Below are positions 46,190 to 59,586 of a stretch of DNA of 64,000 nucleotides, in pieces (positions within the stretch are counted from its first letter, which is position 1; each line of letters opens with the position of its first letter). Position numbers and translations under genes: made by a program. This DNA is from Dicyema japonicum (lineage: Eukaryota; Animalia; Dicyemida), in assembly GCA_011109175.1 (NCBI GenBank), contig RDEW01000012.1:268762-332761 (forward strand). The letters are read 5' to 3'. Under the pieces are notes generated by a model, which saw only the letters and a program-made list of their open reading frames with translations, was not told the DNA's origin and searched no databases.

Positions 46190-48390
46190 ACTTCTTCCAA
46201 CCTCATCGATTGTAAGGTCCAGATCGTCCCCACTTCTTAGACGTTTGTTCACTAGCTTTAGATCTCCTTCAAGTGTTTCAGGTAGTGTAATACGCCGGCG
46301 TCCACAAAAACACGGTCCCTGTCTCATGAAGTAATCCTCCATTTCTATATTTGCTGGAGTGCCCAAGTCCATACGCAAGAAATGTCCAAATAGCCTCCAG
46401 CACATATCAGCAATTTCGAGACTCAGTGGACCCGTGCAACATCTCTTGTACAGCGATTCCTTGTTTATTCTTGCTGGCCAGTTCAGTCCTAGTAGGAAGT
46501 TTTCTTCGATGGAAAGAGTCTAGTCCAAGTTGTTCGGTTTTGGACGTTCCCCAGGTCGATGATTTGTATATTAGGATCGGCTTGACAAAGGCTTCATACA
46601 GTCTCAAACGAAGTGATGTGCAGGATTGTCGTTTGCTAATCCACTCTTTCTTCAACTTGGTCATCGTTACCCAAGCGAGGGCCTTCCTTCTGGCAATATC
46701 TTGACTGCCTCCAAGTTTGTTTGTTTTTTGCCATGTTTCACTCGATCTGCTTTCCATTCTCTTTATTTCCACAATGTCAGTTTTTGCGATGTTTATTACA
46801 AGGAACCATCGGTTCAGCTCAGCCAGTGCCACCTCGAGGAGTCGATGTAGGTCTGACACAAAGTCGACGTCGTCCGCATAGGCAATTTCGAGATGTTTAT
46901 AGAACTTCCGAAGATCTCGTAATGCCGCCTACAGATATATGACAAATAGCAGGGGCGAGAGTTAATCTCCCTGGGGAGTACCAATATTGCACGTAAATTC
47001 ACGGGAAAACGTCATACCAACCCGCACTTTGAGCTTCGTGTTAGATATCAACACTCTGATCATACTGACAGAATCAGGGTCCAAGAATTGTTCCAGTATC
47101 CTGAGAAGTAGACCACGCCGGACCGTGTTAAAGGCCATAGAGAGGTCTATTCCCAGGACTGTTTTTGCACTTTCAAATCTCTGGTTGAAAGCGCAGCGCC
47201 CTTGTGGCTCCATACTACATCCGCAGTGGATCTTCCTGTCCTGAATCCACTGTGACTAGGAGATAGATTGCTATCCACTTGGTCTATAATTTAATTCAAC
47301 GAATCTAATGCCAAAATATTCCGTAAGGTTTTTAGCAGAATTATTAGATGTAGGATTTCAACAGGCCTGCTGCTTGTTAAGTTTTTGTATTGGTATTAAT
47401 TGTCCGGATCAAAAAGCGGGGTATTCTTTTTTTATAATCATAGAGTTGAATAGTTCCGCCAGTTTGTCTGTTAGTGCAGGTGACTCGTGTTTGAGAAGTT
47501 CTGAGTTGATTTCATCCGGTCCAGGGGAGCAGCCATTTTTAAGTTTGACCATTGCATTTTAGATTTCGCCAGTTGTGATAGCTTTATCGAGTTGGGTGGC
47601 GTATCCACAAGTATGATCAGATATTTCTCCGCGGACAGTTAATATATCCTCGAAATACGACGCAATATATTCAGCCTGATCTTTGGGATTTGTTAAGAAT
47701 CTTCCATTTCCGTCATGAAGTTTGAGTTTGTTCGTTTGTATTCTTCTGTTGAGCAGACGAATTGCAGTGAACATTTTTGATTAGTCTTTTAACTATTCAA
47801 TTTCTGCAGCTCTTAGATCAAGTAGGTTAGTGGCGTGCTTCTTATTCAAAATCTTTATGGTTTTCTGGGTAGATTTTCTACTAGACATCAAGATTTGTTT
47901 CCTGTCCGGATCAGACGTATTTTCCAGTTGTAATCTTAGCCCTTTTGTTCTTTAATGAAGGCGGGGACATCTGGATATATACATTTTTTAAACAGTGCTG
48001 GAGACCAGTTTCTGATACTCCCATTTGCTGCCGAAAGGATCTCTTTTATTGTCTCGCCCAGGTGTCTCCTGGAGGAAGTCCGGGATCCAGGTTTCGGAAG
48101 AATTTCATAAATGATATTTGGCAGTTGTCTCTGATCGATATAGAGTAACACAGTTGTTCCATTTTATAGTTTCTTCTTACATCTATGTTTGGCTCTCTTC
48201 TTATTATGTCAGTTAAAGTCCTCGTTGTGAACTTGGCAGAGAGTATTTTGTGATAACTGTCGATAGCTGCACCTCCGTTAGACCTCGATTCACGAGTGAG
48301 TTTTCTTTGACTCGGCAGATGATGTAGTCAATTTGGTTGAAAATGTTATGAATTATGGTTTTTCCAGCGACCATCTCCTACCCTTTTTTG
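46190..48390 (-). mobile_element. 5'-truncated degenerate RTE-clade LINE
   Basis: FNQIDYIIC, GIDLS, GTPQGD, YADD, WRLFGHFLRM, with multiple stops. Confidence 0.85.
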
Positions 48391-48399
48391 TTAAAGAAG

Positions 48400-48900
48400 A
48401 ATTCGACAACTCCGGATACGGCAGACTGAGGTCAGGAGATCAATAACTATATTATTATCGTAAGCAACTATCGTAGAAACATAAGGTTACGTCTTACTCT
48501 GATCAATTCACGATCTTCTATTTTCCTATGCGGACGAAATCAGAAGGCCACAGTAAGAATACAAATTAACCTTGACAGGCTTAATGGCTGGATAATGGAA
48601 AACCGGATCATGGTGAATGCAGAGAAGTCGTCTACGTCACTATTTACCTCTGACAAAAGATTGAAATTAAATAAGGTCGGCATCCCCTTCAACAGATGTG
48701 AAAGGATCTTGGGTGTGACAATTGATATGCATCTCTGTTTGACACCAAACGTGAAAAACATTAAATTGAAATGCGAGAAACTGAACATATTGAAAAGTTT
48801 ATCGGGAATATGGAAGAGTGGTACTCACCCAGTCTTGATGAACGTGTACAAACAGCACATCGAGCCATGTTTCTCATATGCATGCGCCTCGTGGGAACCG
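48400..48900 (+). mobile_element. I/Jockey-group RT fragment spanning the left palindrome breakpoint
   Basis: FSYADE..NLDRLNGW..VNAEKS..ILGVTID..LNILKSLSG.W..YKQHI..FSYAC..W. Confidence 0.7.
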
Positions 48901-48902
48901 TC

Positions 48903-49217
48903 CATAATATCAGCCTTTTTACGAGAGTCATAATATATATCGTTCCGCATAGGCAGGACACACACTTAATTTAAGTTAAGAACAGTTAATTTTAACTAAT
49001 CGTAGAACAAAGGAATGATCTTCACTTCTTTTTTTCTTTTTCTTGTGTGTAGGTCCTTTCTAGACAATCCAGTTCCGCAGTGAGTATCCACTGATGACGG
49101 CGTCACTCGTCAAACCCTTTCTGCATCGTAGATGCGTGGAATTTTCCACCAGGTGAACAGCAGCGAGAATCGGAAGTCATTTTAGCCCGACACCTAACCA
49201 CTATGCCACCCGTCCAT
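48903..49217 (-). mobile_element. tRNA-derived SINE family A, second copy
   Basis: Head GGACGGGTGGCATAGTGGTTAGGTGT (tRNA acceptor/D-arm with A-box), degenerate B-box, body and tail matching 8240-8507. Confidence 0.75.
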
Positions 49218-49499
49218 ATATTGGACAAATATGAGGACAACTGAGGAAATGCAAAAGAGGGCTTACAGAGTAACGGAGGATTTGTGAAGATCACCGAACC
49301 GGATCTACGCCTCTGGTGGCCCTTATGAGACTAAACTCCAGATTACGGGAAGGTGACCCTGAAAATTCAGGCAGCCGTCCTGTACGTTGATGCGCGGGCA
49401 CGAAGGAAGAACACCGGGCAAAGATGAGGTCTCTGTTAGAATGCATCGGGATCACGTGATAATTAGTTTGGTTTTACCGTGGTCTTGGATTAAATAAAT

Positions 49500-49980
49500 A
49501 AAATAAAAAATTCATATCCACTTTCTTCATCTTCAGCCACTTGTTAAAAACTTTCGTCGATCAGCTCACTAAAGAACGTTCTTATTTGCGGTGACCTAAA
49601 TACAAAACACATGTTCTGACTGAGAGGTCAGACGTCAAACAAACGGAGAGATATACTAATCAAAGACTTGGGAACCATTGTGAAATACGAAACTATGATT
49701 GATCATAATCTGATCATTTTACAAATAAAAACAAGATCAAATTATCGAAAGTCACTCCCTACTTTGATAAATTATAACCTTGCTGACTGGCTAGATTTGC
49801 TATATTGAAATGCAGATGTTATCAAAACTACATGATGCCTCATCGCTAAACAACATTATAAAGCAGTTCTCTTCATTTATTCAAGAAGCTAGAAAATTAT
49901 ATATTTTAATGGGAAGACAACCGACAAACAGGCGATTCAATTCAACAGCCAAACATTTAGTCAAAAAAAACTAAAAAAAA
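49500..49980 (+). mobile_element. LINE endonuclease/linker remnant in the palindrome spacer
   Basis: LICGDLNTKH, IDHNLIIL, NYNLADW. Confidence 0.55.
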
Positions 49981-50139
49981 CTATGTGTTTTGTATTTAGG
50001 TCAACCATAGGAAAATGGAAGATCGTGAATTGATCAGAGTAAGACGTAACCTTATGTTTCTACGATAGTTGCTTACGATAATAATATAGTTATTGATCTC
50101 CTGACCTCAGTCTGCCGTATCCGGAGTTGTCGAATTCTT

Positions 50140-52345
50140 TTTAACAAAAAAGGGTAGGAGATGGTCGCTGGAAAAACCATAATTCATAACATTTTCAACC
50201 AAATTGACTACATCATCTGCCGAGTCAAAGAAAACTCACTCGTGAATCGAGGTCTAACGGAGGTGCAGCTATCGACAGTTATCACAAAATACTCTCTGCC
50301 AAGTTCACAACGAGGACTTTAACTGACATAATAAGAAGAGAGCCAAACATAGATGTAAGAAGAAACTATAAAATGGAACAACTGTGTTACTCTACATCGA
50401 TCAGAGACAACTGCCAAATATCATTTATGAAATTCCTCCGAAACCTGGATCCCGGACTTCCTCCAGGAGACACCTGGGCGAGACAATAAAGAGATCCTTT
50501 CGGCAGCAAATGGGAGTATCAGAAACTGGTCCCAGCACTGTTTAAAAAATGTATATATCCAGATGTCCCCGCCTTCATTAAAGAACAAAAGGGCTAAGAT
50601 TACAACTGGAAAATACGTCTGATCGGACAGGAGACAAATCTTGATGTCTAGTAGAAAATCTACCCAGAAAACCATAAAGATTTTGAATAAGAAGCACGCC
50701 ACTAACCTACTTGATCTAAGAGCTGCAGAAATTGAATAGTTAAAAGACTAATCAAAAATGTTCACTGCAATTCGTCTGCTCAACAGAAGAATACAAACGA
50801 ACAAACTCAAACTTCATGACGGAAATGGAAGATTCTTAACAAATCCCAAAGATCAGGCTGAATGTATTGCGTCGTATTTCTAGGATATATTAACTGTCCG
50901 CGGAGAAATATCTGATCATACTTGTGAATACGCCACCCAACTTGATAAATCTATCACACCTGGCGAAATCTCAAATGCAATGGTCAAACTTAAGAATGGT
51001 CGCTCCCCTGGACCGGATGGAATCAATTCAGAACGTTTCAAATACGGGCCACCTACACTAACAGACAAACTGGCAGAACTACTCAACTCTATGTTTATAT
51101 AAAAAAGAATACCCCGCTCTTGGATCCGGACTATTAATACCAATACAAAAACCTAACAAGCAGGGCCTGTTGAAAACCTACGTCCAATAATCCTGCTATA
51201 CACCTTACTGATACTTCTGGCATTAGTTACGCTGAACCGAATCAGAGAACAAGTGGACAACTATCTATCCTTCAGTCACAGTGGATTCAGGACAGGAAGA
51301 TCCACTGCGGATGTAGTATGGAGCCACAAGTGGCGCTGCGCTATCAACCAGAGATTTGAAAGTGCAACAACAGTCCTGGGAATAGACCTCTCTAGGGCCT
51401 TTGACACGGTCCGTCGTGGTCTACTTATCAGGATACTGGAACAATTCTTGGACCCTGATTCTGTCAGTATGATCAGAGTGTTGCTATCTAACACGAAGCT
51501 CACAGTGCGGGTTGGTAAGACGTTTTCCCGTGAATTTACGTGCAATATTGGTACTCCCCAGGGAGATTAACTCTCGCCCCTGCTATTTGTCATATATCTG
51601 TAGGCGGCATTACGAGATCTTCGGAAGTTCTATAAACATCTCGAAATTGCCTATGCGGACGACGTCGACTTTGTGTCAGACCTACATCGACTCCTCGAGG
51701 TGGCACTGGCTGAGCTGAACCGATGGTTCCTTGTAATAAACATCGCAAAAACTGACATTGTGGAAATAAAGAGAATGGAAAGCAGATCGAGTGAAACATG
51801 GCAAAAAACAAACAAACTTGGAGGCAGTCAAGATATTGCCAGAAGGAAGGCCCTCGCTTGGGTAACGATGACCAAGTTGAAGAAAGAGTGGATTAGCAAA
51901 CGACAATCCTGCACATCACTTCGTTTGAGACTGTATGAAGCCTTTGTCAAGCCGATCCTAATATACAAATCATCGACCTGGGGAACGTCCAAAACCGAAC
52001 AACTTGGACTAGACTCTTTCCATCGAAGAAAACTTCCTACTAGGACTGAACTGGCCAGCAAGAATAAACAAGGAATCGCTGTACAAGAGATGTTGCACGG
52101 GTCCACTGAGTCTCGAAATTGCTGATATGTGCTGGAGGCTATTTGGACATTTCTTGCGTATGGACTTGGGCACTCCAGCAAATATAGAAATGGAGGATTA
52201 CTTCATGAGACAGGGACCGTGTTTTTGTGGACGCCGGCGTATTACACTACCTGAAACACTTGAAGGAGATCTAAAGCTAGTGAACAAACGTCTAAGAAGT
52301 GGGGACGATCTGGACCTTACAATCGATGAGGTTGGAAGAAGTTAA
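50140..52345 (+). mobile_element. Mirror copy of the 5'-truncated RTE LINE
   Basis: Inverted counterpart of 46190-48390. Confidence 0.85.
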
Positions 52346-52510
52346 TTCGGAAGATTTTTTTGAATAATGCAGGAGTGAAATTATAACTATTATGATTTTA
52401 CGAATGTTGCTTATAATAATAATATTAAAATCGATTTTACTTAAAAATATTTATTTTGTAAAAAGGTGGTTAACCCAAATATTTAAAACAATAGAATTAT
52501 TAACCTATAA

Positions 52511-54162
52511 ATGCACATAATTTACATAATATCCCTCTTCGCTGGTTCTTTTCAGTCTCTGTCTTATGTAAATCCAGATGATTACACAAAGCAATACTAA
52601 GGACCAATACAATCGTAATGTTTTACACTCACTGGTTATTCATGCGTTTATATAAGGTCTGGTATGTCAATAATATTCAAAAACACGTTCAGAAGGATTG
52701 AACGAGAAGCCCCAGAAAAACTGATGGAATTGAACTTACTAATGGTTTTCACGTGAGTTAACTAGGACAGATAGATTGCACGAAAGACGTCGATTTCTGT
52801 AAAGACAAGAAAATCGAAGAATACCCGTCGCTTTTATACTACACGAATGGTGGAGGTCGTGGGGTCTACGATCGCCCTAAATCCTTTGAGGAAACGATGG
52901 AGTGGATTGAGAGACATTACGATCATATCATCACAAAACTGAAAGATTTTGAAGAATACAACAAAATTACAGAGAACAAGACACGTGTCATTGGTTGGGT
53001 GGAATTACGACTTTAGGGTTATTTTGTAACGACGAGTGGATTCAGCACAAACAGGAGTTTGAGATGGTCGCCAAATCGCTGAAGGAATATGTAAAATTTT
53101 ACCGAACAGAGTCCACTGATGTGTGCAGTCACGAGGATTGGTTTTCTCTGTTAAATAAACTCAGTGACCTTGTCATTTTTGTAAACTCAGATTCTGTCCA
53201 CCAAAAGGTTAAATTTTCAACTCAGAATAATCAGTCGTCACTGACAGATTGGATTTACTCTAAAATGTTGACAATTCTTAAATATACAGGTTTGGCACGT
53301 GCGGGCATAGAACACTCAACAACAAGGCATTATTTAGATATCCTCTTCTCGTGTCTTATTTTGAGATTAACGACGGAAACAATGTCAAAATGATAAAGTA
53401 AAATTTTCTTTAATTTGCCGACTTTTGGCTGCAATGCGTAAATTCAACGGAACTTTGTTCTGCGGGTTCTCTGATTTGAAGGAATTCGAGGGAGAGGTCT
53501 CAAAGCTGTACAACAACAGCACAAGACTAGAGAATGACTTTGCGGTGGTTATTTACGAGAACGAGGATACTAAATACTTGATGGGGGGCTCTGACTTGGC
53601 GGAGTTACAGATTTATGAGTTTGCGGAGTCTTTTCGGAACGGAATGCTAATACCACACGTAAAGTCACAACACGTGGCTTCAGTCACTCGAAAGAATAAT
53701 ATATACGTAGTAATACAAGTATACGTTAGCAAGCGGTGGGACTTAACTTTGAAAGTCTTCTGAGGAAGCCCATGGACGCCTTAATATTCTTTACGGCTGA
53801 CAATTGTTACTATTGCGAGAAGATGGACAAAAAGTTCACTAAAATCGCAAGCAAGGTTACTAATATTGAACTACTCAAAGTTTAGGAAGGAAAAGTCTAT
53901 AATGTTCATCAAAATGGACGGAGTTGAAAATGAGGTACCTCGTCGGTTCCCGATTTACAAGTAGTTGAGGTTAATAATCAGGTTTCCGGTTTTTTACTAT
54001 GTTCCGAAAAACGACAAACAAAAAGTGGTAATCCTGGGGGTATGTAATTATGTGATCTGTTAGTCAACCATTGACTATGAGTACACTGTGGACTATTTGG
54101 TCTCAAAGTCTACAGACGGAATCAGTGGGGACTTTATGGGCTGGAGTGATGATGACTTGTAG
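52511..54162 (+). pseudogene. Mirror copy of the divergent PDI paralogue with a 1-nt deletion in exon 1
   Basis: GATTACACAAAG here versus GATTACGACAAAG in the left arm gives an early stop. Real frameshift or sequencing error cannot be distinguished. Confidence 0.65.
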
Positions 54163-54459
54163 GATTTTACACTTCTTGGGTTTATTTTGGAATATTCTCT
54201 CTCTTATTTATGTAATCACTAAATCTTGAAGTGGACTAGTCAGTGACAGACCACGTGCTGCTATGGGGCATTGGTGGATTTACATAGTTCACAGTCTTAA
54301 TGAAGAGCCCTCAACTTGGATTTATACTCCTCTTTTAAATCATCAAACCATGATGGACGAGAACTGCCCGGTCATTATGTTAAAGGCACGTTGTACTGTA
54401 TTTTCACCCATTTGTCGACATTTCGATGTGACGAAAGAATATGTCTCTATTAAAGGTTA

Positions 54460-54800
54460 CCTAATATGTTGGCCCCATGCAATCACTCTCTCGGTAATCG
54501 GTAAATTAATCGCCAGTAAATTCAAGTGACCACGTGGGTGGGTTCCTAGATAGAAGAGTTCGAAATTTTGATTTTTTATTTTATCGTTAATTTGATTTAG
54601 AGATTAAATCGACAATAGGAACCACGTAGGTAGGTTGTCAATATAGTTATTTACTGTATAGCTTTAACTCTTCGCCAGTCTTTCTACTCTTCAGCGAGGG
54701 CTAATTCTCGTCAGTTAAATCCTACCCGTAAGGCGACGAGTCCTTACGACACGATGCAGTTGCCTGGCCAACTCCAACGGTGAGATTCCCATTATGAAAA
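54460..54800. mobile_element. Mirror partial MITE copy
   Basis: Inverted counterpart of 43730-44070. Confidence 0.8.
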
Positions 54801-56289
54801 CTTTGGGATTTGTTAGAGGGCAATCAAAGTGTTGTTATAAGACCTACTGAATGCGCCAATTGTGTGTAACCAAAATAATTTCGCTGGCGTGAGTAATGAT
54901 GTTGTTGTTTACCTCTCCCGGTGTGGGAAGGTCTGCCAAAAATAGGCTGAACAAGAGAGAAGTTAGTGGTGATCCCTGGAGAACATTCGGAAGAAGCAGT
55001 AATTTAATTTCAAATTCCAAAAGCAAATTTTATTTTTGGTTCAATAAATTTTTGATTATCAATTTTGATTGCCAAAGGAGTAGTCTAAAATTTTCAGAGA
55101 TTCCATATGAAAATCTTCCAAATGAGAATGTTGGGACCGATTCTAGTGCTTTATTAATCAGAAAGGTAAGATATTTAGGAGGTGACTGATTTTTTTAAAC
55201 CCACGTTGGAACGGGATAACAGCTAGAACGACCCTAATTTTTGAATGGACTAGTTTATTCAGGATTTTAGACATCCGTCCGTGCATCTATGAGTATTCAA
55301 TTGTACGGCCGATACGTGCATGTGTGGGCTTGAGGGAGGAACAACGTGCCAAGTTGAGGTCCATGTTAATAGTAGTTTGGTGTTACACGAAAGTTTCCAT
55401 AGATATAAGTTAAGTTAATTGAAAAGTTAAAGACTTTTTTAGGAGTTTCATAAGAATATAGAGGGTAGGTGGTCTTCTTATGGTCCTTGTGGAAGATTTA
55501 TAATATTTTGCCAACTTAGATAGGTCTTTTGCTTTTAGTTCACCCGCGTAGGGTTTTGTCGGTTCTTGAATTACCTTCCGAACATCAGCGGTGAAATGAT
55601 TTTGGTCAAGAGCGGATACCACTCGAGTCCTATTTTTTCTGGGGGGTATACTAAGCTCAGGAGGAATTGTGGTTTCAGCGCGACATTGCTTCAAAAACAG
55701 CATTATAATATAGGCGACCATTTATATTGAGATTTGGGGAGCGTCTGTCAGTGAATGAACGGAAGCGTATCCAGTCGGCATATTTGTAGCTAAAAAGCCA
55801 CGAGTTCTGTTTAACCAAAGTTTCCCGCGTGATCTTCAATATTATAGAATTTGGTCACTTCGCATGTCATGAATAATTGACCAAGTAGAATACAAGAAGG
55901 GGGAAAAGAATGCGATATCCGGTAAGGTTAAGTAGTCTGAGGGAGGTTGAGGTCAAGGCTGAAGTGAGATGACCCCGGTGAAACAGAGTGAATGGTCCTC
56001 TTATTTGATTCTGAACCCTTCCATAACATTTGGACAGGTGAACCACATGATGAAATGAAAAAATTCCAAATACCGCGGTAACACCAAACTAACTACTCTC
56101 CTGATCCCGGCCTCCTTAAGCAACCATCTCACCTTTATTCGATATTCGTCCCGAGACCTGACACACTTTCTGCACGCACGTGTTAATTTTGGAAAATTTG
56201 AAGGTATCATTAGGGATCTCGTTCTCCTCACAGGTGCCTCTAAAGGAGTTGGTCTTAAAAAGTGGGGAACCTTTGTAGAGTCCTAGTGA

Positions 56290-59200
56290 TTATTATTGTA
56301 GGCACGTACGCGATGCCAAGATCATGACAAAGCATGTGCAACACGAAAAGTTGATAATCTAATTAACGTCACCCATCTTTTTCGATCCGTTGCCATGTTC
56401 CGTAGCATATCTAGATCGTCCCAATCTTTAAGGCACTTTCCAATCCTCCTGAGATCTTCATCTAGAATAACCAGCAGTGTTGTCATCGGCCGGCCGCGGA
56501 AACGAGAAGCTTCTAAGACAAAATAATCCTCCATTGCTATGTTGGCAGGGGTCCCCATATCGTGGCGGAGTATGTGTCCAAAGAGCCTCAATCTTGAATC
56601 AGTAATATCACATGATATTGGCTTAGTTCCTGTTCTCTTGTATAAGATTTCGGACGGCATTTTGAAAAAGCTTTGGGAAGAAAGGAGTGCTCGGAGATGA
56701 TTTCTGTAAAAAGAATTCAACTTTTCGACTTCCTGCCCTGTACATGCCCATGTACCGGCATTATATAATAGGATTGGCCTCACTAGGGCATTGTATAGTC
56801 TCATTCGAGTTTTAGGGTCAAGCCCATTGTGCAGAAGCCAGGTCTTCTTCATTTTGTTGAAAGCGACATTAGTTAGTGTCTTCCTTCGTGTTATATCTTC
56901 GGTGTCACCGAGAAGGGATCCTAGTTTTTTTGATCTACGCCAGTGCTCGTCGGTCCTTTCCTCACTTCTTTTTAGCTCCGTGATTTCGGTTTTGTTTGTG
57001 TTTACTTTTAATGACCACTCAGTCATTTTATCAGGCATTTTCTCAAAAAGTGCAATTAACTCTTCTTTGTTATTCGAAATAAAGTCCACGTCGTCCGCAT
57101 ATGCTATTATGCTCATGCCTTCTCTGATATGAAACTTCAAGTCTCGTTGAGCTCCCTCCAGATAAATAATGAACAAAATCGGGGATAATGGATCTCCTTG
57201 AGGGGTAACAATTATCGTTTCAAATGTACTCGATAGAACTTTCCCAGTCCTGACCATCAAACTCGTGTCCGTCAAGAGTGTCTTGACTATCCTAATCGTT
57301 GAGCCCTCCAAGAAGTGCTCCAGTATTTGCAGCAGCTTGTTCCTGTTGACGGAATCAAAGGCCTTTGACATATCAATCCCCAGAATGGTTGTCGTTATTT
57401 TAAATTTTTGAACAGTCGCACTTCTCCATTTGTGGCTCCATATAACATCTGACGTTGATCTCCCTTTGGGAAGCCACTTTGATAAGCCGACAGGTACGAG
57501 TCTAGGCGTCCCTCCATTCTTTGAAGCGTAATATTGGCTAGTATCTTCCGTAATGTGTTGGTTAAGATCACTGGTCTTAGGTTCTCAACTTTCCCCGATT
57601 TTTTGTTTGGCTTCTGTACTGGTATCAATAGTCCTTTTCCAATTGGCAAAGTGGTTCCTTTACTATACGTTTCGTTTAGAATCCAGGCAATAATCATGTA
57701 TAGCTTTTGAGTTCCATATTTGAAAAATTCACTATTTAAGCCATCTGGGCCGAAACTCTTATTGTCCTTCAGTTTGAAACTTGCTGTCATCACTTCTTCC
57801 AAAGTTATTTCTTAGTCTAATTTTCCCTGATCCGTGTTAATGGTGAGTTTTTTGCTATTTTTTGATACGAATTGTGCTTCAAAATAATCCGCTATAAGTT
57901 CTGCAATTTCTTGTTGGTTAGCAATATGTTTTCCTTCTTCATCTGTCAGTGTTTTCCTTGGTAGTTTTCTGATTTGTCCGACAGCTTCATAAAACTTCGC
58001 ATTGTCTTTAAGGCCTTCGATTTTCTCTATTTTTGTTATTCTTTCGTTCTTTAATATCCGACGTGCAGCTTTTCTTATTTTCCTATTTATGACTGTTCTT
58101 TCCTTTTGTAGCCGATGTTTCGTATTTTTGTCATCTGTATTTAGACATTGTATCGCCTTTTGTTGATTTCCAAGGAGTTTCAAAGCGGTTATTTTTTCAG
58201 TTGGTGTATTAGTTACGCAGTCCTCTTTCAGTATATCCGCAGCAATCATGATATTCTGTTTGACCAAGGTCCACGTAATTTGCAGTGACAAATCTACTGA
58301 TATTTCTTCCAATCCCTCATCCAAGTATTTTCTGAATTCTTCTCCCTAAATAGTATTGTTCTTTAGATGGTCTATAATTTATCCTTTCCCCCGCAGTTCC
58401 TTGTGTCCATTGCACTTTCTTTTCATCCCTTGCAAACCCATAAGTTTCTTTATGGATATTTTGGCAATAACCATCTTGTGATCGCTGTCAATTATAGACC
58501 CTCCATAAGCACGGGCATCAGTGACAATACTGCGGTCTTTTTGTCTACAAATAATGTAGTCTATTTGATTGTAGATTTTCGCAATGCTTCCGTCAGACTT
58601 AGTTCTATTGCCTGACCAAGTTGTCCTGTGTCATGCTGAGTGCATAAAGGCCGTGTTACAAAGGAAAACATTATTTATTTGACAAAAGATAGCTAACAAG
58701 ATTCTTGCAATGTTCCTTTTTCCCTTTCCATGTCTTCCAATGAATGCTTCTTCTATAGTGATTCGACTTTCAACTTTTGCATTAAGATCACCGGCAATCA
58801 ATATTAATGTGGAATTTGCATAATTGGGATAAACATCAGACAGATTCGCACAAAAGTCGTCAATTTCCTCGGGTTTCTTATTGATCCATCCACTATGTGG
58901 AGCATATGCGTTAATAATAGTAAGATAACAATTCGGAGAGTCATGATTGTCCAATGTTATTTGTAAAATCCCAATCCTTTCATTGATTGTCCAATAACGG
59001 TATATGCGGCGGAGTAGGTCCTTTCTTACAGCAAATCCGAGTCCGTAATGTTTTGATCCCCCAGAGAGAAAGATTAAATGAAACTTTCCATGTTGTTCTT
59101 CAAACTCCTTCGATATTTTTGTCTCTTGGAGACATTTGACTGATATCTTGTATTTTGAAAGGTCTTCACAAAGTTCTTTTCTTTTCCATGCACTAGAGAC

Positions 59201-59304
59201 TCCTCTGACATTGAACGTTAAAAGAGAGAAGTCATTTAGGTTGCAATTTTCGTGTTTTTCAGACATACTTTTTCAAGAGGGACGTCACCACCTCAACCAA
59301 AAAA
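56290..59304 (-). mobile_element. Mirror copy of the full-length RTE LINE
   Basis: Inverted counterpart of 39224-42240 with the same TSD. Confidence 0.93.
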
Positions 59305-59586
59305 GTTCTAGTGACTGTTGCTTGAAAATTATTATTATTATTATTATTTAAGCCAAAGAAACACCGTCTTAAACAATAACTAATATTAGGTGATCCCGGC
59401 ATCTCTCAATAATCGGGCCATTTTTTCTCGATGCTCCGACTGTGATCCCACGCATTTTCTATACGGAAAATAACTAAATATTATAATTAGATAACTATTC
59501 TTAGCTTTAAATCATTTTCGGTTATATTTTTTAATGTTTATTCTATATTTATTAATAATAAAATATTAAATTCAGTACACGTAATT

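Larger units (their letters stand above)
34526..48530. repeat. Left arm of giant inverted duplication
   Basis: Reverse complement of 50006-64000; coordinates sum to ~98530 for all paired ORFs. The outer end probably lies outside the window. Confidence 0.97.

Noticed and set aside
49091-49120. Hammerhead ribozyme (CTGATGA) in SINE A
   Set aside because: On the antisense strand of the SINE, with no GAAA core after stem II and the second copy no better; the TGA is sequestered in a TGACG/CGTCA hairpin.
49165-49217. Intact tRNA gene
   Set aside because: The acceptor/D-arm is present but the anticodon arm is deleted and the T-loop is degenerate; it is a SINE head.
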